A stretch of 64,000 nucleotides of DNA from Candidatus Collierbacteria bacterium (lineage in GTDB: Bacteria; Patescibacteriota; Microgenomatia; UBA1400; MFAQ01): contig CAISER010000035.1 in assembly GCA_903884375.1 (NCBI GenBank), positions 36-64,035 on the forward strand. Direction: 5' to 3'. Made by a program: the position numbers and the translations under genes. Of the stretch, positions 56,387-64,000 are shown one piece after another. The notes beneath the pieces are model-generated. The model had not been told where the DNA came from. It saw only the letters and a list, made by a program, of their open reading frames with translations, and searched no databases. Each line of letters begins with the position of its first letter. Within the stretch, counting starts at the first letter, position 1.

Positions 56387-59311
56387 ATGTCGGAAATATC
56401 ACCAACCACACATCTAATCATCAAGGGAGCACGTCAACATAATCTAAAAAATATTAATCTTGTTATACCCAAAAATAAACTCGTTGTATTTACCGGCGTA
56501 TCCGGAAGCGGCAAGTCAAGTATGGCTCACGACACAATCTATGCGGAAGGGCAAAGACGCTATGTTGAGTCATTAAGTTCATATGCAAGACAATTTCTTG
56601 GAGTAATGGATAAACCGGATGTCGATCAGATAGAAGGATTATCCCCAGCCATTCTAATCGACCAGAAACAAGGAAGTCATAATCCAAGAAGTACAGTCGG
56701 AACAGTTACAGAAGTCTACGATTACCTCCGTCTGCTCTTTGCTCGAATCGGTCATCCACACTGTCCAAAATGTGGTAGAGAGATAATGCCTCAAGATATC
56801 AATCAAATTTATAAGGCAGTTGTTGAACTCGCTACTTCTCATATTACCTACCACAAACAAAAAGGTACGAGAATTATGATACTTGCGCCAATCGTCAAAA
56901 ATCAAAAAGGGGAATTTACCGAATTATTTCCAAATTTATACAAACAAGGAATTTCACAAGTCAGAGTTGACGGCAAAATCCTTTCAACTCAATCAACATT
57001 ATCACTATTCAAAAATAACAGACACAATATCGAAGCGGTCATCGATAAACTTATTATAGGCCAGATAAGGGGAGAAACCGAATACGAAAAACAACGGTTA
57101 ATTGACTCAATTGAACAATCAATCAAAATTGCTGATGGGGAATGTATTATCTCAATCGTTAACGATCCATCACTTTCATTTCCGGAAAATCCTGAATTGA
57201 TGGAAGATCATTTATTCTCTCAAAAATTAGCTTGTCCGATATGTAACATTTCAATCCCAGAAATAGAACCACGCTATTTTTCCTTTAATGCGCCAGACGG
57301 TGCCTGTCCTGAGTGTACCGGATTAGGTCAAAAAATGGTTTTAGATACTGAAAGTATCATTTCGCCATCACTTACATTATTTGAGGGCGGAATTATTCCT
57401 TTGGCTTCGCAATTTGAGACACGAACTTGGTTAGCAAAACTAATTGTGGAGGCAATGGCTTCTATCGAATTTTTACCTACAACTCCACTATTCCAGATGA
57501 CAGATAAGCAAAGAAACATTCTCTTCCAAGGTACAGGAAATAAAATCTTTTCGGTAAAAGGCGTTAATCGCCATGGAAAAAATGTCATCTGGAAAAGTAA
57601 ATACGAAGGTTTGGCACGAGAATTTGAACGTCGTTACACTGAAACAAGTTCTGATGCTCTTAAAGAAGAAATTGAAAAATATCTCATAAAAAAAACATGC
57701 CCGGTGTGCCTTGGAAGTAGATTAAAACCGGAAGTACTTGCCGTACATATCGACGGGAAATCCATTAGCGAAGTTACGGCTATGTCAATCGAAAACAATG
57801 TGTCGTTTTTTAACAATCTAGATAAAAAATTAACTTCGACCGAACAACAAATTAGTGAACCGATTTTAAAAGAAATTATTGACCGACTTGGGTTTTTAGT
57901 CTCTGTGGGTTTAGATTACCTAACATTAGGAAGAGAGTCTGGAACATTGTCGGGGGGAGAACTTCAACGAATCCGACTTGCTAGTCAAATAGGATCAAGA
58001 CTAACGGGAATTCTCTATGTCTTAGATGAACCGACTATTGGATTACATCAAAGAGATAATGCTAAGCTGATTAAAACATTACAGGAGCTTGTTAGCTTGG
58101 GTAATTCACTTGTTGTTGTCGAACATGATCAACAAACCATGGAAGCTGCTGATCATTTAGTAGAGTTTGGCCCTCACGCAGGTGAGCTTGGCGGTCAAAT
58201 TACATTTCAAGGAACAATTGACGAAATGAAAAAATCAGGTTGTATTACCGGAAAATATATTTCAGGCACCAATAAAATTATTGCTAATAAACCAAAAAAT
58301 CCTCCTGATAGTAATGGCTCGATTCGACTTTCAGGCTGTAGTCATCATAATTTAAAAAACATTGATGTTGAGTTCCCACTCAATAGATTTATTGCCGTTA
58401 CGGGAGTCTCAGGTTCAGGCAAATCCTCTCTTATCGTTGACACTTTGTTTGAAGCTCTATCACAAAAACTAAATCCCATGCACCGTAAACAAGACATCAC
58501 ATATGGCTCAATTATGATTCCGGATATTCTAAAAAGAGTCTCTTTAATTGATCAAAGTCCGATTGGCAAAACGCCTCGTAGTAACCCGGCAACATATACC
58601 AAAGTCTTTGATTATATTCGACAACTGTTTTCCAATACACAGGAAGCTCGTGTTAGGGGATATGGCCCAGGAAGATTTAGTTTTAATGTCAAAGGGGGAA
58701 GATGCGAAACGTGTCAAGGGGATGGTCAACTAAAAATTGAGATGCAGTTTATGGGAGACATTTATATTACTTGTGAAACATGTAAGGGTTCTCGTTTTAA
58801 TGAACCAACTCTTGAAATTGAGTATAAAGGGAAAAATATAGCCGATGTTTTAAATATGACAATGGATGAAGCAGCTACATTTTTCAAAAATATACCGCCA
58901 ATTAGTAAAAAACTGGACACAATTCGAAAGGTCGGACTGGGGTATATTAAACTCGGACAAAGCGCTCCTACATTATCAGGGGGAGAAGCGCAAAGAGTTA
59001 AGTTAGCTACCGAACTTGCTAAAACTGGAAATGGACACACTGTATATATTCTAGATGAACCCACCACCGGACTTCATTTTGACGATTTAAACAAACTTGT
59101 TCAAACATTAGTCGATTTAGTTAATCAAAATAATACCGTTATCGTCATCGAGCATAATTTAGATGTCATAAAAAATGCTGATCATATTATTGATATGGGA
59201 CCAGAAGGGGGAGACGAGGGAGGAGAAATCATCGCTATCGGTCGTCCTACATTAATTGCCAACAACTCAAACACTCCAACTTCACAAGAATTAAAAAGAC
59301 TCTTGTTGTAA
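56387..59311 (+). CDS. uvrA: Excinuclease ABC subunit A.
   Basis: Two ABC ATPase modules (GVSGSGKSS twice). Zn-finger cysteine pairs. 974 aa. Confidence 0.95.
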   Translation: MSEISPTTHLIIKGARQHNLKNINLVIPKNKLVVFTGVSGSGKSSMAHDTIYAEGQRRYVESLSSYARQFLGVMDKPDVDQIEGLSPAILIDQKQGSHNPRSTVGTVTEVYDYLRLLFARIGHPHCPKCGREIMPQDINQIYKAVVELATSHITYHKQKGTRIMILAPIVKNQKGEFTELFPNLYKQGISQVRVDGKILSTQSTLSLFKNNRHNIEAVIDKLIIGQIRGETEYEKQRLIDSIEQSIKIADGECIISIVNDPSLSFPENPELMEDHLFSQKLACPICNISIPEIEPRYFSFNAPDGACPECTGLGQKMVLDTESIISPSLTLFEGGIIPLASQFETRTWLAKLIVEAMASIEFLPTTPLFQMTDKQRNILFQGTGNKIFSVKGVNRHGKNVIWKSKYEGLAREFERRYTETSSDALKEEIEKYLIKKTCPVCLGSRLKPEVLAVHIDGKSISEVTAMSIENNVSFFNNLDKKLTSTEQQISEPILKEIIDRLGFLVSVGLDYLTLGRESGTLSGGELQRIRLASQIGSRLTGILYVLDEPTIGLHQRDNAKLIKTLQELVSLGNSLVVVEHDQQTMEAADHLVEFGPHAGELGGQITFQGTIDEMKKSGCITGKYISGTNKIIANKPKNPPDSNGSIRLSGCSHHNLKNIDVEFPLNRFIAVTGVSGSGKSSLIVDTLFEALSQKLNPMHRKQDITYGSIMIPDILKRVSLIDQSPIGKTPRSNPATYTKVFDYIRQLFSNTQEARVRGYGPGRFSFNVKGGRCETCQGDGQLKIEMQFMGDIYITCETCKGSRFNEPTLEIEYKGKNIADVLNMTMDEAATFFKNIPPISKKLDTIRKVGLGYIKLGQSAPTLSGGEAQRVKLATELAKTGNGHTVYILDEPTTGLHFDDLNKLVQTLVDLVNQNNTVIVIEHNLDVIKNADHIIDMGPEGGDEGGEIIAIGRPTLIANNSNTPTSQELKRLLL

Positions 59312-59317
59312 TATCAA

Positions 59318-61129
59318 TTGATGAAGAGGACTTTTGCTAAAGTACAAATAGTATTTATATTTATACTTTTCATTATCATACCATCACCGGTTCAGGCAAT
59401 TGTTAAATTTAATACTGATTTTCAAAATTATTATCGGGTTGACCCTAACGGAAATACTCACGTTACATTTGTTATAAATCAAAAAAACAATCTTTCGATC
59501 GTCTACGCCACTGAATTTGGATTAAATATAAATGAAACAAGAGTCAGTAATATTAAAGTAACAGACGAGGGGACAACAATTATTCCTGACGTTGTCAAAA
59601 CATTAAATCAAACAACCATATCATTCCCATTTGCAAATAAAGTTGTTGGAAAAGATAAAAATCATTCATTTATTATCGAATATGACACAACCGATATAGC
59701 CACAAAATACGGTAACACCTGGCAAGTCAACATCCCAAGATTAGAAACTGATGAAGGAATCACTAACCGCACTGTTGTACTTGCCGTACCAAATAATTTC
59801 CCCATACCAGCATATATTGATCCAAAACCGGATTCAGCCAACAAAAATATATATTATTTTAACGGTCCATCTCTGAGTAATAAAACAATTAGCGCCGTTT
59901 TTGGAAAAACTCAATATTACAAAGGAAGTATTTCCTATCATTTAATAAATGATTCCAAAATAAAGACAACGACAGAAATTGCACTTCCCCCAGATACGGC
60001 ATATCAGACTATCTATATCGAAAATATAGAACCAAAACCATTAACTATTATTAATGATGAGGATGGTAATTATTTGGCAAAATATAGTCTTAAGCAGAAT
60101 GAAAATATTGAAATAAAATTAACCTTCTATGTAAAGCTCGACTTTCTTCCCAAATCAACCAGTCTCAATCCTAGCGAAAAATACTTACAGGCAAATTCAA
60201 TTTGGAATTATAACAATAGTGTCTTTACCACATCTGAACTAAAAAATCTGACAACTTCAAAAAATATTTACGACTATGTGGTCGATAAAATGAAATATGA
60301 TTATGAAAAAGTAAATCGTCAAAAATCCCAAAAAACTCCTGCAGCAGAATCATTAATAAATAATCAAAGTGCCATATGTACTGATTTTGCCAACGTATAT
60401 GTTAGTTTGGCTAGAAAAGCGGGGATACCGGCACGTGAACTCGAAGGGTATGCCATTTCAGAAAATTCTGATTTAAAACCTCTTTCATTAACTCAAGATG
60501 TGCTTCATGCATGGCCTGAATATTACAACAAGATAACAAAAACCTGGATTCAAATTGATCCTACATGGGCCAATACTACAAGAGGAATCGATTATTTTAA
60601 TAAACTTGATTTTAATCATATCGTATTAGCCATACACGGAATTAATCCTGAATATCCGATTCCCGCTGGAGGATATAAATATAGGCAAGAAAAAACAAAA
60701 GATCTTATTATTGAACCAACTGAAAGCATTACTTTTCCTGACCCAGTATTTTCAATAACATCAAACAAACAAGATGGAAAAAATCTTATATTGACAATAA
60801 ATAATAATTCTGGTGTCTCATTTTCTGGAAATACAATTACCGAAAATAATAATTACATTATGGAATCAGAACAACAAATATTTTTACCTCCTTATGGTAC
60901 AACAGAATTAAAACTAAAACTTATTAAACAACCATTCATCGCAAAAAATACGACTAAGACTATAATCTACATCAATGGAATTCGTTTTGAACAACCAATT
61001 GAAATTAACCCAAGAGTCTCACAGACAATCTTTTTTGCCATATCAGGAATTATTTTGGCGATCTCTACCTTCACAACCAGGTATCTATATCTTCGAAGAC
61101 AAAAACAAAAAACCGTTATATATCGGTAA
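59318..61129 (+). CDS. Transglutaminase-like domain protein with N-terminal signal and C-terminal TM anchor.
   Basis: Cys-protease-like core SAICTDFANVYVSLARKAGIPARELEGY with downstream His/Asp. Hydrophobic C-terminus IFFAISGIILAISTF. Confidence 0.6.
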   Translation: MMKRTFAKVQIVFIFILFIIIPSPVQAIVKFNTDFQNYYRVDPNGNTHVTFVINQKNNLSIVYATEFGLNINETRVSNIKVTDEGTTIIPDVVKTLNQTTISFPFANKVVGKDKNHSFIIEYDTTDIATKYGNTWQVNIPRLETDEGITNRTVVLAVPNNFPIPAYIDPKPDSANKNIYYFNGPSLSNKTISAVFGKTQYYKGSISYHLINDSKIKTTTEIALPPDTAYQTIYIENIEPKPLTIINDEDGNYLAKYSLKQNENIEIKLTFYVKLDFLPKSTSLNPSEKYLQANSIWNYNNSVFTTSELKNLTTSKNIYDYVVDKMKYDYEKVNRQKSQKTPAAESLINNQSAICTDFANVYVSLARKAGIPARELEGYAISENSDLKPLSLTQDVLHAWPEYYNKITKTWIQIDPTWANTTRGIDYFNKLDFNHIVLAIHGINPEYPIPAGGYKYRQEKTKDLIIEPTESITFPDPVFSITSNKQDGKNLILTINNNSGVSFSGNTITENNNYIMESEQQIFLPPYGTTELKLKLIKQPFIAKNTTKTIIYINGIRFEQPIEINPRVSQTIFFAISGIILAISTFTTRYLYLRRQKQKTVIYR

Positions 61130-62309
61130 ATCCATAAGTATAAAAACAAGAATCAAACAGCATTTTGAAGGCTACAAAAATGAATCCACTAAAGCTGTTA
61201 AATTTATCCCCAAAACAAAATATTTATATTTCAAATTAGTCAAAAATGATTTGGAAGCTGTCATTACTGAAGCAAACTACATAAAGACATACCAGCCACG
61301 ATACAATGCCATAACAAAAGATGGTAAATCAAATATCTATATCATCTTTACCAACGCACCTGATACGAAATTAAAAATAATTCATGCTACAGATATTCAA
61401 TCTCTTGAGTTGGATGATTACAAAAAACAAATATTCGGACCGTATACTTCTTCAAAAACTGCCACAAGTCTATTAAAACAAATAAGCCGTATATTTGGTT
61501 TTTGTTATGCACCTTTTAATTCACAAAATCGACCTTGTTTTAATTATCATCTCCATCGATGTCCCGGAACGTGTATGTCCTTAATCACAGCTTCGGCATA
61601 TCAACGACATCTCGGCATGATAAAAAAATTCCTATCTGGAAATTTTCGAGGGCTAATAAAATCGTTAAATAATCAGATTAAAACCGCAATCAAAAAAACA
61701 GATTTTGAAAAAGCATCAATTATTAAAAATAATATTTTATGCTTAGACCAGGCATTAAACAATCATAATTCAAGCCTTTTATTAAAGTTATCTGATGCCA
61801 CAGATCAATTGCAACCTTTAATAATAAAGACGCTTAACCATCCGCTACTTAAACAAACTCCAGTAAGAATCGAATGTTATGATTTAGCACATTTACAAGG
61901 AGAATCATATGTCGGCTCAATGTCGGTCTATATTCAAGGAAAAGCAGAACCAAGTCTTTATCGTCATTTCAATATCAAAGGTGATAATAAATCAGATCCT
62001 TACGCAATGAAAGAAATTATCGCCAGAAGATTTCACCATCCAGAATGGGGGATGCCCAATCTCATTATTTTAGATGGTGGTGTGCCACAATTATCGATTG
62101 TATCAAGCCAAATACCACCGGGTATAGCCACAATCGCACTTGCAAAAAAAAGAGAGACTATATATTTTTTCAAAAATAATAAAATAATATCTTTGAATTT
62201 AAATATTGAAGATCCTGTATTGAATTTATTTAGAAATATTAGAGATGAAGCCCATCGTTTTGCTACTACCTTTCATATAAAAAAACGACAAAAAACACTT
62301 TACAGGTAA
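60975..62309 (+). CDS. uvrC: UvrC-type excinuclease lacking the C-terminal (HhH)2 domain. The annotated ATG overlaps the upstream gene by 155 nt, so the real start may be an internal TTG.
   Basis: GIY-YIG motif (GIYIFEDKNKKPLYIGKS...R). UvrC endonuclease-domain motif (IRDEAHRFA). Only 444 aa. Confidence 0.75.
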   Translation: MEFVLNNQLKLTQESHRQSFLPYQELFWRSLPSQPGIYIFEDKNKKPLYIGKSISIKTRIKQHFEGYKNESTKAVKFIPKTKYLYFKLVKNDLEAVITEANYIKTYQPRYNAITKDGKSNIYIIFTNAPDTKLKIIHATDIQSLELDDYKKQIFGPYTSSKTATSLLKQISRIFGFCYAPFNSQNRPCFNYHLHRCPGTCMSLITASAYQRHLGMIKKFLSGNFRGLIKSLNNQIKTAIKKTDFEKASIIKNNILCLDQALNNHNSSLLLKLSDATDQLQPLIIKTLNHPLLKQTPVRIECYDLAHLQGESYVGSMSVYIQGKAEPSLYRHFNIKGDNKSDPYAMKEIIARRFHHPEWGMPNLIILDGGVPQLSIVSSQIPPGIATIALAKKRETIYFFKNNKIISLNLNIEDPVLNLFRNIRDEAHRFATTFHIKKRQKTLYR

Positions 62310-62321
62310 TATACTGATACC

Positions 62322-62735
62322 ATGAAGGTCTTTTTACGAGCCATTTTAATTAATTTATTAGTTATATATCTCGTTGATGCACTTTATCCCGGATTTTCAA
62401 TTCTTCATGATGCCAAAACACTAATCACAGCAGCCATAATTTGGCTTCTATTAAATAAAATCGTTAAACCTATTATCAAACTACTTTTGTTACCAATTAA
62501 TCTTATAACTTTAAATTTGTTTTCTTGGGTTGTTGGTTTAATTACACTATTTTTACTTCCTCTAATTGTTGGCGGAATAAATATTTCTCCTATTGACTTT
62601 CAGGGTATAAATTATCAAGGCTTTAGTGTTCCGCCATTTCATTTAAATATATTATTATCTTTTATCGTAACCTCCTCACTATTAAACCTATTTCACAACA
62701 CAATTATTTGGATAATTAAAAAAGACTCCGATTAA
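62322..62735 (+). CDS. Small polytopic membrane protein (4 TM), possibly of the YvlD/DUF360 holin-like family.
   Basis: Hydrophobicity pattern and size. The family assignment is tentative. Confidence 0.35.
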   Translation: MKVFLRAILINLLVIYLVDALYPGFSILHDAKTLITAAIIWLLLNKIVKPIIKLLLLPINLITLNLFSWVVGLITLFLLPLIVGGINISPIDFQGINYQGFSVPPFHLNILLSFIVTSSLLNLFHNTIIWIIKKDSD

Positions 62736-62761
62736 TTCAGATTCGCGTTATAATAAAACAA

Positions 62762-62983
62762 ATGAAATTTACTCTTATTATTCAAATAATATTATCGTTA
62801 TTACTCATTGTGCTTGTTACACTTCAATCAAAAGAAACTTCCCTTGGGTCTGGTTTTTCTTCAGTAACTCAAAGCGGTATTCACACCAAAAGAGGACCTG
62901 AAAAACTAATTTATCTCACAACAATCGCTGTCGGAATAATATTTGTTATTTTTTCTTTTCTAAATATCGCAATCTGGAAATGA
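62762..62983 (+). CDS. secG: Preprotein translocase subunit SecG.
   Basis: 73 aa with two TM helices. LVTLQSKETSLGSGF core is typical of SecG. Confidence 0.7.
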   Translation: MKFTLIIQIILSLLLIVLVTLQSKETSLGSGFSSVTQSGIHTKRGPEKLIYLTTIAVGIIFVIFSFLNIAIWK

Positions 62984-64000
62984 TCAAATCTCTACGAGAA
63001 AGAATTTGGTTTATCAAAGGATTTTTCCAAAAATACTCAAGGCAAATTTTCTTAAGTATTATCATCACTGTTGTCATTTCACTATTACTCAGTTTCTTAA
63101 CCAAAAACATTCCAATACGCAAAGAACAAATAAAAATCGGCATCATTGGTCAGTTCGGAGCAGGGCAATTACCTTCATATATTATAAATTTTTTAAACGC
63201 CGGTCTTGTTTCCATCGATAACAATCTTCAACCAATTCCGGGACTTGCCGAAAAATGGAGTATAGATGATGCTGGAAATACCTATACTTTTTACCTTAAA
63301 CCAAATCTTAAATGGAATGGGGGAAATGATACAAAAGCTTCTGATATAAAATTTTCAATACCGAATATTGTTGTGGAAACACAAGACCCTAATATCATCA
63401 AATTTAAAATTCCCACGAAATTTTCTCCTTTTTTATCCTTATTAAATATCCCTCTTTTAAATCAAAAAGGCTCAATAATAGGGGATTATGACATTCGCCT
63501 AAAACAAAAAAGCTCAGGAATTGTAACTGAAATAATACTCGAATCTAGCACAAAAAAAATTACTTTCAATGTATATTCGACTACCAGACAGGCGATCACT
63601 GCATACAAACTTGGACAAATAAATCTAATTTTAGGATTACCTTCTGAATATACTACCGACTTACTATCCTACGCACAAATAAATAAAAAAACTGATTTTA
63701 ATAGAGTTGTTATGTTGGTTTTTAACCAAACAGACCAAAGTTTAAAAGAAAAAAATATTCGTCAAGGAATAGCCTATGCATTAAAAGACAAATCGTTTGG
63801 TGAAATAGAAGCCTTAAGTACAATAAATCCCAATTCGTGGGCGTTTAGTCCTCTCGTAAAAACCTATCCATTTAATCTTCAAAGGGCACGTGAACTAATC
63901 AAATCCCCTATAACTCTTGAACTAGCGGCATCTCCGGATCTTCTACCCATAGCAGAGTCAATAAAAAACCAGCTAAACTCAGATTTGGTTACGATTAATA
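62980..64000 (+). CDS. Partial CDS (3' end outside window): membrane-anchored ABC transporter substrate-binding protein, family 5 (peptide/nickel type).
   Basis: ATG overlaps the secG stop (ATGA). The frame is open to the window end. LVSIDNNLQPIPGLAEKWSIDDAGNTYTFYLKPNLKWNGGNDTKASDIKFS matches the SBP_bac_5 signature region. Confidence 0.6.
   Translation, partial: MIKSLRERIWFIKGFFQKYSRQIFLSIIITVVISLLLSFLTKNIPIRKEQIKIGIIGQFGAGQLPSYIINFLNAGLVSIDNNLQPIPGLAEKWSIDDAGNTYTFYLKPNLKWNGGNDTKASDIKFSIPNIVVETQDPNIIKFKIPTKFSPFLSLLNIPLLNQKGSIIGDYDIRLKQKSSGIVTEIILESSTKKITFNVYSTTRQAITAYKLGQINLILGLPSEYTTDLLSYAQINKKTDFNRVVMLVFNQTDQSLKEKNIRQGIAYALKDKSFGEIEALSTINPNSWAFSPLVKTYPFNLQRARELIKSPITLELAASPDLLPIAESIKNQLNSDLVTIN

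Overview
This is an AT-rich bacterial window. I estimate the GC content at about 33-35% by eye, with the tRNA genes conspicuously more GC-rich. Gene content and style suggest a small-genome, possibly Patescibacteria/CPR-like organism. That guess rests on an RRM-type RNA-binding protein, GatCAB, a DUF192 protein, many small hypothetical membrane or secreted proteins, and a ribosomal protein L19 with a lysine-rich tail. It is an inference, not something the sequence shows directly.

Major blocks, in order:
- **1-6915:** a cell-surface glycan gene cluster containing a flippase C-terminus, two GT2 glycosyltransferases, two GT-C-type polytopic glycosyltransferases, an acyltransferase-3 protein and an O-antigen-ligase-like protein.
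- **7612-7682:** tRNA-Gly(CCC) with its own terminator.
- **7764-15759:** an accessory-looking stretch. It holds a YgjP-like hydrolase, a DUF192 protein, a PAP2 phosphatase, two paralogous Cas4-like PD-(D/E)XK nucleases with Cys clusters (no CRISPR array is present), a CAP/YkwD protein and HPF. It also holds a ferredoxin, a zinc-ribbon/coiled-coil DUF2130-like predicted nuclease, a SAM methyltransferase and a cytochrome-b5-like protein.
- **15769-18019:** queA and tgt, with tRNA-Thr(CGT) abutting the tgt start codon.
- **18100-24398:** LysM and large secreted proteins, tRNA-Asp(GTC) and the RRM protein gene, then a LemA-HtpX-pentapeptide operon.
- **24416-32179:** gatCAB, dnaE, rplS.
- **35088-35392:** tRNA-Glu(TTC), an unassigned structured element of about 90 nt, and tRNA-Lys(TTT).
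- **35466-39332:** ruvCAB, a clan GH-A glycoside hydrolase and a holA-like gene.
- **40642-43098:** a DEAD-box helicase and a PLD-family protein.
- **43405-52364:** a tight carbohydrate/lower-glycolysis operon (phosphoglucomutase, GH57-like, SIS-domain isomerase, PEP synthase, enolase, iPGM).
- **52654-56103:** rsmI, then lexA divergent from uvrB.
- **56387-64000:** uvrA, a transglutaminase-like protein, a UvrC lacking the C-terminal (HhH)2 domain, secG and a partial family-5 ABC substrate-binding protein at the window edge.

Five tRNAs were identified by hand folding. No rRNA, CRISPR array or obvious transposase was found. All functional calls rest on motif recognition in the supplied translations; no database searches were run.
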